In this document: one piece after another, positions 8,911 to 20,903 of the stretch | Layout of the letters: each line of letters starts with the position of its first letter | How positions within the stretch are numbered: position 1 is the first letter of the stretch | Origin: an uncultured delta proteobacterium | GTDB lineage: Bacteria; Myxococcota; Myxococcia; Myxococcales; Myxococcaceae | Reading direction: 5' to 3' | DNA: 64,000 bases | Assembly (NCBI GenBank): GCA_963771175.1 | Contig: CAVYSY010000038.1 | Coordinates: 192,001-256,000, forward strand | Program-made: the position numbers and the translations under genes | Notes under the pieces: model-generated | The model's input: the letters and a program-made list of their open reading frames with translations, nothing else | Told to the model about the DNA's origin: nothing | The model's database searches: none

Positions 8911-10006
8911 GCACGAACCAGCGCGGCAGCCAGTCCGCCCCCTTCGACTTCGTCAACTGCGCCTGACCACTCCCGTCCGCCCGCATCAGGAACAGCTCCA
9001 CGTCTCCCGTGCGGTCCGAGGGGAACACCAGGTACTTCCCATCCGGGCTCCACGCCGGCTGGTCATCCGTGCTCTTCCCATCCGTCAGCGCCACCGGCTC
9101 GCCACCCGCCACGCTCGCCACCCAGATGCGCGCGTTGCCTTCCTTGCCCCGCGCCACGAAGGCCAGCTTCTGCCCGTCCGGGCTCCACGCCGGCTCCCGC
9201 TCCTCGCCTGTCGTCGCGCTCCCCGACACCGCTCGCAGCCCCGTCCCGTCCGGCTTCACCAGGAACACCCGCGTGCGCCCCTCCCGGTCACTCAGGAAGG
9301 AGAGCCACTTCCCGTCCGGGCTCCAGCGCGGCGCCATGTCCTCCTTGTGGAAGGCCGTCAGCCGGCGCACGTCCGACCCATCCGCCTTCATCACGTAGAT
9401 TTCCGGATCTCCCTCGCGGCTGGACACGAACGCCACCTGCGTCCCGTCCGGAGACACGCTCGGCTCGAAGTTGCCCTCGCGCGCCGTGGCCAGCCTCACC
9501 ACCTCCGCGCCCGCGCGCGGCTCCTGCCGCACCACGTCACTGAAGCCCTGTGCGTCCGACTCGGCCACGAACCAGCCGCCGTCCGGGGCCCAGCTCGGGT
9601 TGCGCGCGCGCCCCCGGGGCTCCGACAGCATCACCACCTCGCCGCCACCCACCGGCGCCAGCCGGAGCTGCTCCACGTGCAGCCCGCCCACCTCGGCCGC
9701 CGCCACCACCATCACCGCGGCACCATCCGGAGATGGCGCCATGGGGTACTCATCCTCGGGACCTCGCGTGAGCTGCGACTCCTCGCCCGTCGGCCGCACC
9801 AGCCAGACATCCTTCTGGGGCGCCCGCTCCGAGACGAAGGCGATGATTCCTGGCATCCCTCGCCGCTCATCCTCGGTGAGGGGCCCGGAGCCAGATGCAC
9901 CTCGGCCACACATGCCCGCCTTGCATCCGGCCCCGAGCAGGGCGAGTACGGCCAACCGCCGCGCTCCACCCCGCCACGCCTGTCTCGCGAAGTCCCGAGT
10001 CATCAC
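8903..10006 (-). CDS. TolB-like PD40/WD40 beta-propeller lipoprotein
   Basis: Repeated P.WSPDG..L.F.S.R.G blades; lipobox GAG-C. Confidence 0.85.
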   Translation of the reverse strand: MMTRDFARQAWRGGARRLAVLALLGAGCKAGMCGRGASGSGPLTEDERRGMPGIIAFVSERAPQKDVWLVRPTGEESQLTRGPEDEYPMAPSPDGAAVMVVAAAEVGGLHVEQLRLAPVGGGEVVMLSEPRGRARNPSWAPDGGWFVAESDAQGFSDVVRQEPRAGAEVVRLATAREGNFEPSVSPDGTQVAFVSSREGDPEIYVMKADGSDVRRLTAFHKEDMAPRWSPDGKWLSFLSDREGRTRVFLVKPDGTGLRAVSGSATTGEEREPAWSPDGQKLAFVARGKEGNARIWVASVAGGEPVALTDGKSTDDQPAWSPDGKYLVFPSDRTGDVELFLMRADGSGQAQLTKSKGADWLPRWFVPT

Positions 10007-10015
10007 GTCACATCA

Positions 10016-11624
<1,609 letters not shown>

Positions 11625-11867
11625 TAGCACTCCTTGAGGGGGATGGGGGGAAGCCATGGCTCCGCCCCTCCTGGGGAGAGCCGGGGCATAAGATGCACTT
11701 TTCCAGCCCTCAAGGGAAGCTCGTTTTTCTCGGAAATTGGTTATGACTCTCAAAACCTGATTTGAGCTGAAAACAACTCCGAGGGCCATCGACCGGGCAC
11801 CCGGAGGGCCGCCAGGAGGGCCACGTCCGGAGGCGACGCGGGGAGCGGGCTGGGTTAGGAGAAGGGC

Positions 11868-12602
11868 ATGCGTCTCTTCGCCATCGGCGACACCCATCTG
11901 CCCTCCACGCGCAACAAGGACATGCACCGCTTCGGGTGGACGGAGCACCCGCTGCCGCTGCAGCGAGCCTGGGACGAGAAGGTGCGACCCGAGGACGTGG
12001 TGCTGGTGGTGGGGGACATCTCGTGGGCCACGCGGCCCACGGAGGTGCAGGACGATCTGAAGTGGCTGGACGAGCGACCGGGGCGCAAGGTGCTGGTGCG
12101 CGGCAACCACGACTACTGGTGGGGCGACTCGGCGGCGAAGCTGCGCAAGGTGCTGGAGCCCTACAAGACGATCGAGGGCTTCCTGCACAACAGCGCGTTC
12201 GTCATCGGCCGATGGGTGATCGCCGGCACGCGGCTGTGGACGGCCCCCGAGGCCCCGCCGATGCCGGGCGGGGAGATGGGCGACGAGGCGGGAGACTCGG
12301 GGTACGTGGAGCGGGAGACGCGGCGGCTGGCGACGTCCATCGCGGACGCGGAGAAGAAGGAGAAGGAGAGCGCCGAGCCGCTGACACGCGTGGTGGCGGT
12401 GCACTTCCCGCCGGTGTACGCCAACGAGAAGCCCACCTCCTTCAGCGCCCCCATCGAGGCGTTCAAGCCGAAGGTGTGCGTCTACGGGCACCTGCACGCG
12501 GGAGGCATCCCGGCCGGCTTCACGGGGGAGCGGGCCGGAGTGCGCTACGTGCTGGCCTCCTGCGACGCGGCGGGCTTCTCGCCGGTGCTGCTGGACGAGT
12601 AG
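11868..12602 (+). CDS. Calcineurin-like metallophosphoesterase
   Basis: GDTH, GDISWA, GNHD, HFPP, YGHLH motifs; GGAG RBS. Confidence 0.9.
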   Translation: MRLFAIGDTHLPSTRNKDMHRFGWTEHPLPLQRAWDEKVRPEDVVLVVGDISWATRPTEVQDDLKWLDERPGRKVLVRGNHDYWWGDSAAKLRKVLEPYKTIEGFLHNSAFVIGRWVIAGTRLWTAPEAPPMPGGEMGDEAGDSGYVERETRRLATSIADAEKKEKESAEPLTRVVAVHFPPVYANEKPTSFSAPIEAFKPKVCVYGHLHAGGIPAGFTGERAGVRYVLASCDAAGFSPVLLDE

Positions 12603-12603
12603 C

Positions 12604-14793
12604 TCACGGCACGGCGGAGATGGGCCCCCAGGGGAGCGTGCTCCCCGCGGGACGGCACTCGCGCCAGGCCTCGCCGCTGCCCTGCACGGGCGTCCCGTTC
12701 CGCTCCAGCGGCACGCCCACCGGGCAGACGCCGCGGGTGATGTTGCCCGCCGTGTCACGCACCTCGAAGTGGAGGGAGTACACGCGACCATCCCCACCAT
12801 CGGAGCGGTCCGCGCGGACCTTCACGGTGGTGGCGTCCACGAAGACGACATCCGGCTCGACCCCGCTCTGCGGCTCGTCGGAGGCCACGCAGGAGATAGA
12901 GGCGGAGGCCCCCGTGTGGGTGAGCCCGCCGCTGCACTTGTCGTGCACGGTGATGCAGTCCTCGAGGCGCACGGTGCGCAAGCCCTGGTCCGCGGGCCAG
13001 AAGGGCGCGGGCGGCGCCAGGGTGACGGTGGGAGGCCGCGGGTCCACCACCTCGATGATGGAGGTGCACGAGGCCTCGTTGCCCGCGGAGTCCTTCGCCG
13101 TGTAGCGCACGGTGTTGGTGCCGAGCGTGTACCAGTCCGACAGCGGGCCGGAGACCTGGGCGCCCGAGCAGGAGTCGGAGGCGGTGGCCAGGCCGGGGGC
13201 GACATAGGCGGAGTTGCGGCTGGTGCACTCGGCGATGATGCGCTCGGGGCACACGACCACGGGCACCTGGGTGTCCACCACCGTCACGGTGGGAGCACAG
13301 GTCGCGGTGTTGCCGGACGCGTCCGTCGCCGCGTACGTGAGCGTGTGCGAGCCGAGCGGCAGGCTGACGGACTCGGGCTGCGTCACGCTCGCCGGGCCGC
13401 AGTTGTCCGTGGCGCTGGCCTGCGGCGGCGACACGACGGCGCGCCCCTCGCTGGAGCACTCCACGCGGAAGTCGGCGGGGCAGGCGAGCGCGGGAGCCTC
13501 GCAGTCACGCACCGTCACCATGGACCAGCAGGAGTCCCGCGCCTTGCCGTCCGAGGCGGTGACGCAGACGCCGTGCATGCCCGGGGCATAGGGGCCCAGC
13601 GGGTGCAGGTCCCACGACACCGCGTCCCCATCCGGGTCCGTGGCGGTGGCCAGGTCCGTGACGGTGGCGACGCACACGCCCGGGTCGGTGCAGACGGAGA
13701 CGTCGTGGCACGTGGCATCGGGAGCGTGGTTCTCCTCCCTCTGGCACGAGGCGTTGCAGCCGTCCCCGGGCTTCACATTGCCGTCATCGCAGGCCTCGCC
13801 GGGGTCGACGGTGCCGTTGCCACACACCTGGCAGTCCGTGTCCTGCCCATCCACCGCGCCGTCGCCGTCGTTGTCACTCCCATCGCCGCAGTCCTCGGCG
13901 GTGAGGATGACGGCGGTGCCACCGAGCATCACCGGCCTGCCGGCGTGCGGGCTGAAGGCCTCGTCGTTGTAGGCGAGCACGCGCAGGCCCGAGAAGCCGC
14001 TCGGCCCGGTGAAGACGTTGTGGAAGGACTTGTGGCTGAGCTCGAAGGCGGTGAGGGTGGGCGCGAACTCGCGCAGCTCCTCGGTGGGCTCCGCGACGTC
14101 GAAGGGCAGGTCGGCCGTCTCCAGTGGAATGGGGAGGAAGCCCCAACCCCCGGGGACCTCGGCCTGGGTGAGGGCGATGAGCGAGCCACCCTTCTCGTTG
14201 ATGAACCGGGCGAGCTCCGGCTGGCGCGCGTTGAGCGCGGAGATCTGCCGCGGATTGATGCCGCCCTGGGTGTGCCGCTCCGCCGAGGGCAGGTAGACGA
14301 AGGCGAAGCGGTTGAAGTCCACGTGGGAGATCTCCTCGAGGGTGCGCACGTGGGTGACGCGCGCGCCGGGGCCGCCATTGGAGGAGTCGTTCCAGCCATT
14401 GAAGGCGGCGAGGGCCTGGGCACCGTTGACGCCGACGGCGAGGATGCCGGTGCCACCCGAGCGAGAGCGAGAGAGAGCGGAGCGGAAGAGCGAGGGATAG
14501 AGCCCGCCGCAGCCCTTGGCCTCGCAGTGCCACAGGTCGTCGGCGTCATCGCCCGTCACGACGACGAAGCCCCCCCGGGTGGGCCCGGAGGAAGGCGGCG
14601 GGGAGGAGGGAGTCGAGGGATGCGGGGCGGTCTCCAGCACGGGTTCGGCGTCGTGGATGGAGGTCTCGTTCCAATCCTCGTAGTAACCCATCCCACAGCC
14701 GGAGACGAAACCGACGAGCGACAGGATGGACAGGCACACACCGAGGCCCGGAAGGACGCTGGGCAAGCGAACAGGCGGACACGTATCGCGCAT
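12604..14793 (-). CDS. Surface lipoprotein with Myxococcus Cys-rich repeat and HYR domains
   Basis: Lipobox VSG-C; CGNGTVDPGEACDDGNVKPGDGCNASC; repeated ATDNC...YAATDASGN.ATC..VTVVD. Confidence 0.8.
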   Translation of the reverse strand: MRDTCPPVRLPSVLPGLGVCLSILSLVGFVSGCGMGYYEDWNETSIHDAEPVLETAPHPSTPSSPPPSSGPTRGGFVVVTGDDADDLWHCEAKGCGGLYPSLFRSALSRSRSGGTGILAVGVNGAQALAAFNGWNDSSNGGPGARVTHVRTLEEISHVDFNRFAFVYLPSAERHTQGGINPRQISALNARQPELARFINEKGGSLIALTQAEVPGGWGFLPIPLETADLPFDVAEPTEELREFAPTLTAFELSHKSFHNVFTGPSGFSGLRVLAYNDEAFSPHAGRPVMLGGTAVILTAEDCGDGSDNDGDGAVDGQDTDCQVCGNGTVDPGEACDDGNVKPGDGCNASCQREENHAPDATCHDVSVCTDPGVCVATVTDLATATDPDGDAVSWDLHPLGPYAPGMHGVCVTASDGKARDSCWSMVTVRDCEAPALACPADFRVECSSEGRAVVSPPQASATDNCGPASVTQPESVSLPLGSHTLTYAATDASGNTATCAPTVTVVDTQVPVVVCPERIIAECTSRNSAYVAPGLATASDSCSGAQVSGPLSDWYTLGTNTVRYTAKDSAGNEASCTSIIEVVDPRPPTVTLAPPAPFWPADQGLRTVRLEDCITVHDKCSGGLTHTGASASISCVASDEPQSGVEPDVVFVDATTVKVRADRSDGGDGRVYSLHFEVRDTAGNITRGVCPVGVPLERNGTPVQGSGEAWRECRPAGSTLPWGPISAVP

Positions 14794-15054
14794 GGAGTTT
14801 CCCCAACGTGGGCAACGAAGCACCCACGCTGGGCAAATCAGTAGTGATGCAGTGCCATCCGCGAGGAGCGTGCGCGGAGGGCAATGTCCAGCGGGAGCGT
14901 GCCGGGCGTCGGCTCGTCGACGAACAAGGTGGAGCTCGCGTCCACCACGGACGTTCATCCCGTCCCGTGGGACTGTAGCCCTGTCATGGACGAACGATTC
15001 TCAGGCTGAGACAAACCGAGACGGCCGCGAGGGCAGGCAGCCGAGCGCGAAGGC

Positions 15055-16944
15055 CTACAGCTCCACCTGCGCGCCGAGCTCCACCACGCGGTTGGGCGGA
15101 ATCCGGAAGTACGCCGTGGCGCTGCGCGCGTTGCGCGACATCCACGCGAACAGGGCCTCGCGCCACAGCGCCATTCCCGGCTTCTTGCTCGGAATCAGCG
15201 TCTCCCGGCCCAGGAAGAACGACGTCCCCATCAGGTTGAACTGCAACCCCTTCTCCCTCGCCCGCTTGAGGATGTCCGGGACGCTCGGGTTCTCCATGAA
15301 GCCGTAGCGGGCAATCACCCGCACGAAGCCCCCGTCCAGCTTGAGGACCTCCACCCGCTCCTCCGGAGGCACGTGCGGCACCTCCTCCGAGGCGATGGTC
15401 AGCAGCATCACCTGCTCGTGCAGCACCTTGTTGTGCTTGAGGTTGTGCAGCAGCGCCGGCGGCGTGCCCTCGGGATTGCCCGTCATGAAGACGGCCGTGC
15501 CCGACACCCGCTCCGGCGGGTGGTCGCCGAAGCTCTCCAGCAGGGTCTTCAGGGGCATGCTGCTGCCGCGCAGCCGGTTGCCCAGGATGTCCCGCCCCCG
15601 CTTCCACGTCGTCATCAACGTGAACACCAGCAGGGCCAGGACGAGCGGGAACCATCCCCCCGCGGCGATCTTCACCGCGTTGGCGCCGAAGAAGGACAGG
15701 TCCACCACCGCGAACAGCCCCGCCACCGGTAGCGCCACCGCCCGCGACACGTTCCACCGCTCGCGCGCCACCACGTACGCCAGCCCCGTGGTAATCCCCA
15801 TCGTCGCCGTCACCGCGATGCCGTACGCCGCCGCCAGGTTCGTGGACGACTTGAAGCCCAGCACCAGCACGATGATGCCCACCAGCATCGCCACGTTGAT
15901 GCCCGGCAGGTAGATCTGCCCCCGCTCCTCCGCCGAGGTGTGCACCACCTCCAGGCGCGGGGTGTAGCCGAGTTGAATCGCCTGCTGCGTGAGCGAGAAC
16001 ACTCCCGAGATGAGCGCCTGCGAGGCAATCACCGTCGCCCCCGTGGCGAGGACCACCAGCGGGTAGAGCGCCCAGGAAGGGGCCATCAGGTAGAAGGGGT
16101 TGGTCGCCGCGCTCGGGTCGCGCAGCAGCAGCGCCCCCTGCCCCATGTAGTTGAGCATCAGCGCCGGCAGCACCACCGTGAACCACGCCCACTTGATGGG
16201 CCGCAACCCGAAGTGGCCCATGTCCGCGTAGAGCGCCTCGCCGCCCGTCACCACCAGGAACACCCCGCCCAGCACCAGGAAGCCGTGCCAGTGGTTCGCC
16301 ATGAAGAAGCGCACCGCCTGCATGGGGGAGAACGCCCAGATGACCGCCGGGTACGTCACCATCTCCTTCACCCCCAGCACCGCCAGGGTGATGAACCACA
16401 CCAGCATGAAGGGCCCGAAGATGGCGCCAATCCCCGCCGTCCCGTGCCGCTGGATGAGGAACAGGCCCACCAGGATGAGGATGGTCAGCGGCCGGATGTA
16501 CGGCTCGAAGAACGGCGTGGCCACGCTCAGACCCTCCACCGCGCTCAGCACCGAGATGGCCGGGGTGATGAGCCCATCCCCGTACAGCAGCGCCGCGCCG
16601 AAGAGGCCCAGGGTGATGACCACCGGCCTCACCTTCACCTCCTCGCCCCGCTTGCGCTGCATCGCCAGCGCCATCAGCGCCAGGATGCCGCCCTCGCCCC
16701 GGTTGTCCGCCCTCATCACGAAGACGAGGTACTTCACCGTCACCACGATGATGAGCGCCCAGAAGATGAGCGACAGCACCCCGAGCACGTTCTCGTGCGT
16801 CGCCGCCACGCCGTGGGGGCCCGTGAAGCACTCGCGCAGCGCGTACAGCGGGCTCGTCCCGATGTCGCCGTAGACAATGCCCAACGCCCCCAACGCCATC
16901 GGGGCGACACGTTTGTACGACTCCGCTGCTTCCGGAACGCTCAT
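15055..16944 (-). CDS. kup: KUP/HAK/KT potassium transporter
   Basis: GIVYGDIGTSPLYA, ADNRGEGG, YGDG.ITPAISVLSAVEG, TGGEALYADMGHF, SFFLGRET. Confidence 0.97.
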   Translation of the reverse strand: MSVPEAAESYKRVAPMALGALGIVYGDIGTSPLYALRECFTGPHGVAATHENVLGVLSLIFWALIIVVTVKYLVFVMRADNRGEGGILALMALAMQRKRGEEVKVRPVVITLGLFGAALLYGDGLITPAISVLSAVEGLSVATPFFEPYIRPLTILILVGLFLIQRHGTAGIGAIFGPFMLVWFITLAVLGVKEMVTYPAVIWAFSPMQAVRFFMANHWHGFLVLGGVFLVVTGGEALYADMGHFGLRPIKWAWFTVVLPALMLNYMGQGALLLRDPSAATNPFYLMAPSWALYPLVVLATGATVIASQALISGVFSLTQQAIQLGYTPRLEVVHTSAEERGQIYLPGINVAMLVGIIVLVLGFKSSTNLAAAYGIAVTATMGITTGLAYVVARERWNVSRAVALPVAGLFAVVDLSFFGANAVKIAAGGWFPLVLALLVFTLMTTWKRGRDILGNRLRGSSMPLKTLLESFGDHPPERVSGTAVFMTGNPEGTPPALLHNLKHNKVLHEQVMLLTIASEEVPHVPPEERVEVLKLDGGFVRVIARYGFMENPSVPDILKRAREKGLQFNLMGTSFFLGRETLIPSKKPGMALWREALFAWMSRNARSATAYFRIPPNRVVELGAQVEL

Positions 16945-17190
16945 GGGCACCTGCTCTAATCCAACCGCCACCCGTGAACAGTCCTTTTCGGCCCGTTCGA
17001 AGGTTGAGGCCCCAAGACGCCCCTGTTTTCAGCCCCTTGGCCTACACCCCTGAACACAACCCGGCCCCTTGCGTCCGGAATCCATCGCTTCCCCTGGGTT
17101 GCCACCCGGTTGGCCAACCTCTTGGATTCTCTCGGGTCGTGGTTTCTGTTCACATGGCGCGCCGCCACGGCAACGGCGGGTGGAGACCCC

Positions 17191-20100
17191 TTGGGAGCAA
17201 GAGCGACACAGCCACGCGCGCAGGACTCCGGCACCCCGGACAGCGAGCGACTGATGCTGCTCGCGGACGCTTCCCATCAGCTCGCCGACGCCGGCCTCGA
17301 GCCCCTCGCCGTGCTGGAGCGGCTGTGCGAGCTGGTCGTGCCCCGGCTGGGCACCGCCTGCTACGTGCTCCTGCTCTCCGAGGACGGCGCCTGGCTCAAC
17401 CCGGTGGCCTCGGCGCACGCGGACCCGGAGAAGGTGCGCGCCCTCATCGAGCGCCTCGACTCCGCCCCCCAGCGCGCGGACGAGTCCCTCCCCGCGAAGG
17501 TGCTGCGCACCGGCCGCGCCGCCCTCCTCACGCCGGAGGAGCTGACCCAGCTCAAACGGCAACTCCCCGCCGAGGTGCAGAAACACCTCCCGCGCTTCGC
17601 CTCCCTCCACCTGCTGCTGTTGCCGCTGCGCGCACGCCAGCGCCCGCTCGGCCTCATCGCCGTCCACCGCCGCGTGGAGGCGCCTCCTTTCGAGAAGGAC
17701 GAGCAGCTCCTGCTGCAGGAGCTCGTCGACCGCGCGGGGCTGGCGCTGGACCTGGCGCGCGCCTACGAGGCCGAGCGCCGGGCCCGTCACGCCGCGGAGG
17801 TGGCCGCCGAGCGGCTCACCCGCCTGCAGCGCGTCACCGAGGCCCTCAGCGAGGCCGTTACCCCCGCGGATGTGAGCCGCGTCATCATCAAGGAGATGGT
17901 CGCCGCCCTCGGCGCGGACCGGGCCATCGCCGCCACCCCGGTGCCAGGAGAGCCCGAGCAGCTCGAGGTGGTGGGCCAGCACGGCGTCTCGCCGGAGGCC
18001 CTGGCGCACTCCCCCCGCATCTCCCCCACCGCCCCGCTGCCCGTGGCGGTGGCGTACCGCACCGGCGAGCCGGTGTGGCTCGAGTCGCCAGAGGCCGTCT
18101 CCACCGCGTTCCCCCGCATCCTCGTCTCGGAGCCCGGGGTGACGCAGGCGGTGGTCGCCCTGCCGCTACGGGCGCGCGGGCGGACCCTGGGCTCCATCGG
18201 CTTCGGCTTCGACACGCGGCGCACGTTTGGCCCGGACGAGCGCTGCCTGATGGTGGAGCTGTCGCGGCAGAGTGCCCAGGCCCTGGAGCGCGCCTGGCTC
18301 TACGAGGCCGCGCAGCAGGCCCGTAACCGCGCCGAGCGCGTCGCCGCGCGCACCGCCCGCCTGCAGACGCTCAACACCGCCCTCTCCCAGGTGCTCACCG
18401 CCTCGCGCGTGGCGGAGGTCGTCATCGACCAGGGAGTGGCGGCCATCGGCGCCGAGATGGGTGGCCTCTGGCTGGTGGACGAGTCCGAGCCCCAGGCCCG
18501 GCTGCTGCGCTGCGTGGGGATGGCACCGGGGGTGGTCTGCGCCCTCTCCACCCTGCCGCTGACCCACCCCATGCCCCTGACCGACGTCATCCAGCGCGAG
18601 CAGCCGGTGTGGCTCGAGTCGCCCGAGGAGGTCGCCCGTCACTACCCCCAGACAGGGAAGCAGTTGAGCGAGCTGATGCCGTCCACCCCCGCCTTCTCCA
18701 TGGCTTGCCTGCCGCTGCTGGTGGACGGGCGCAGCCTGGGCGGGCTCGTCTTCGGCTTCCCCAGCGCGCACCGCTTCGACGACGACGAGCGCGTCTTCCT
18801 CACGCTGCTGACCCACCACGCCGCCCAGGCGCTCGAGCGGGCCCGGCTCTTCGCCCAGGAGCGCAGCGCCCGCGAGGCCCTGCGCGACGCCCACCACACG
18901 CTGGAAGCCATCATCCAGTCCTCGCCCACCGCCATCACCTTGATGGAGCTGGACGGCACGCTGCGCCTGTGGAACCCCGCCGCCGAGCGCATCTTCGGCT
19001 GGAAGGCCGAGGAGGTGCTCGGTCGCATCCCCCCCGCCGTCCCCGAGGAGAAACGGGAGGAACTGCGCGACAACCTCGCGCGCATCGCCCGCGGCGAGTC
19101 CATCCTGGGCCTGGAGACGCACCGCCAGCGACGCGACGGCACCACCATCGCCGTGTCCATGTGGAGCACCTCGGTACGGCTGGCCGATGACCAGCGGCTG
19201 TGCCTCACCGTGGTGGCGGACATCACCGAGCGCAAGCGCGCCGAGCAGGCCCTGCGCTTCCTCGCCGAGGCCAGCACCGTGCTCGCCAGCTCGCTGGAGC
19301 ACGAGGTGACGCTGGAGCGGGTGGCGCACCTGGCCGTCCCCACGTACGCCGAGGGCTGCTACGTGTACCTGCTCGGAGATGGAGGCGCGGTGAGCTGCGT
19401 GGCCACCGCCCGCGAGGGGGAACAACCCGCGCTGCCTCGGGAGCTGGGGCCGCTGGCGCCGGGGGTCTCCGCCGTCTCACGCGTCATCGCCTCGGGCCAG
19501 CCGGAGCTGCGCGCGGACCGCTCCGGCCTCCCGCCCCCGTCGACCCCCGGGAGCACCACGCTGCCGTGCGAGCTGGCGGCGCGCTCCTACCTCTGCGTGC
19601 CCCTGGTCGTCCGCGGACAGACAATCGGCGCGCTGTCCTTCGTCTCGTCCCGGTACAGCTACGACGCGCAGGACCTGACCCTGGCCCAGGAGCTGGCCCG
19701 GCGCGCCGCCCTGGCCATCGACAACGCCCGCCTCTACCGCGAGGCGCGTCATGCCATCCGCCTGCGCGAGGAGTTCCTCTCCATCGCCAGCCACGAGCTG
19801 CGCACCCCCATCACCGCCATCCAGCTCCAGGTGCAGGGACTGCGGGGGGCCCTCGCCCGGAATCCCGACGGGCTTCCCCCGGAGCGGCTGCGCCGCGGTC
19901 TGGAGCTGCTGGACCGGCAGACGAAGCGGCAGATGCAGCTCGTGAGCGACCTGCTGGACGTATCGCGCCTGCGGGAGGGCCGGCTCGTGCTACGGCCAGA
20001 GCCCTTGGAGCTCGTGGCCCTGACGCGCGAGGTGGCGGAGCACTTCGAGCCGGAGCTGGCGCGCACCGGCTCGCGCATCACCGTGCACGCCCCCGCCGCG

Positions 20101-20448
20101 GTGCCCGGCACCTGGGACCGAGCGCGGCTGGAGCAGGTGCTGACGAACCTCATCTCCAACGCGGTGAAGTACGGGCAGGACAACCCCATCGAGCTCACCG
20201 TCGAGGCCACGGAGGGGCGCGCCCGCCTGGTGGTGCGTGACACGGGCATCGGCATCGCCACCGAGCACCTGGAGCGCGTCTTCAACCGCTTCGAGCGCGC
20301 GGTGTCCGAGCGCCACTACGGCGGCTTCGGCCTGGGGCTGTGGATTGCCCGGCGCATCGTCGAGGCCATGGGTGGCCGCATCACCGTGGCCAGCGAGCTG
20401 GGCGTGGGCTCCACCTTCTCCGTGGAGCTGCCCCTCGCGCCCGCCTGA
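17191..20448 (+). CDS. Cytoplasmic multi-GAF/PAS sensor histidine kinase
   Basis: Several GAF-ending 'A.AL.RA.L' segments, PAS (WNPAAERIFGW...DITERK), SHELRTP, NLISNAVKY, DTGIG, GLGL; start uncertain (TTG 17191 with GGAG, or 17110/17254). Confidence 0.92.
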   Translation: MGARATQPRAQDSGTPDSERLMLLADASHQLADAGLEPLAVLERLCELVVPRLGTACYVLLLSEDGAWLNPVASAHADPEKVRALIERLDSAPQRADESLPAKVLRTGRAALLTPEELTQLKRQLPAEVQKHLPRFASLHLLLLPLRARQRPLGLIAVHRRVEAPPFEKDEQLLLQELVDRAGLALDLARAYEAERRARHAAEVAAERLTRLQRVTEALSEAVTPADVSRVIIKEMVAALGADRAIAATPVPGEPEQLEVVGQHGVSPEALAHSPRISPTAPLPVAVAYRTGEPVWLESPEAVSTAFPRILVSEPGVTQAVVALPLRARGRTLGSIGFGFDTRRTFGPDERCLMVELSRQSAQALERAWLYEAAQQARNRAERVAARTARLQTLNTALSQVLTASRVAEVVIDQGVAAIGAEMGGLWLVDESEPQARLLRCVGMAPGVVCALSTLPLTHPMPLTDVIQREQPVWLESPEEVARHYPQTGKQLSELMPSTPAFSMACLPLLVDGRSLGGLVFGFPSAHRFDDDERVFLTLLTHHAAQALERARLFAQERSAREALRDAHHTLEAIIQSSPTAITLMELDGTLRLWNPAAERIFGWKAEEVLGRIPPAVPEEKREELRDNLARIARGESILGLETHRQRRDGTTIAVSMWSTSVRLADDQRLCLTVVADITERKRAEQALRFLAEASTVLASSLEHEVTLERVAHLAVPTYAEGCYVYLLGDGGAVSCVATAREGEQPALPRELGPLAPGVSAVSRVIASGQPELRADRSGLPPPSTPGSTTLPCELAARSYLCVPLVVRGQTIGALSFVSSRYSYDAQDLTLAQELARRAALAIDNARLYREARHAIRLREEFLSIASHELRTPITAIQLQVQGLRGALARNPDGLPPERLRRGLELLDRQTKRQMQLVSDLLDVSRLREGRLVLRPEPLELVALTREVAEHFEPELARTGSRITVHAPAAVPGTWDRARLEQVLTNLISNAVKYGQDNPIELTVEATEGRARLVVRDTGIGIATEHLERVFNRFERAVSERHYGGFGLGLWIARRIVEAMGGRITVASELGVGSTFSVELPLAPA

Positions 20449-20559
20449 GCGGGAAGGGAACGACCAGACAGGCGCGTCACAGCGTCCGGATCCGGCGAGA
20501 CATTCTCGAGCAGGGCCCTCTGACTTGGGACGAAACCCCCTTGCTCGAAAGGACGAGAC

Positions 20560-20832
20560 ATGGACGCGAGAACGCAGTCGGGCGTCAGCACCTTCACGAA
20601 GCTGCTCGCCGTGCTGGTCATCCTCGGAGCCATCACCTGGGGCCTCATCGGCCTCTTCCAGTGGAACCTCGTGAACGCCCTCTTCGGAGGCGACGTGTCC
20701 CCGGCGGACTCCAGCCGCCTCAGCCAGATCCTCTACATCCTGGTGGGCCTGTCCGGCGTGGCGCTCGCCTTCACCTTCCCCTGGAGGAGCAGGGGCGGGT
20801 GGTACGAGCCGCGCCGGGAAGTCCTTCCGTAG
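20560..20832 (+). CDS. DUF378-family small membrane protein
   Basis: LVILGAITWGLIGLFQWNLVNALFGG...LYILVGLSG. Confidence 0.85.
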   Translation: MDARTQSGVSTFTKLLAVLVILGAITWGLIGLFQWNLVNALFGGDVSPADSSRLSQILYILVGLSGVALAFTFPWRSRGGWYEPRREVLP

Positions 20833-20847
20833 TCGGGAGAAAGGACT

Positions 20848-20877
20848 CCGGCCGGGGCGCGTGGGCACCCCGGCCGG
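20848..20877. terminator. GC-rich inverted repeat between convergent genes
   Basis: ccggccgggg...ccccggccgg; no U-tract. Confidence 0.4.
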
Positions 20878-20903
20878 GACATGCAGCTCCCGCGCTCCTC
20901 ACT

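Noticed and set aside
16945..17190. Possible c-di-AMP (ydaO) riboswitch upstream of kup
   Set aside because: Only a GAATCC fragment seen; the conserved 3' core could not be found by eye
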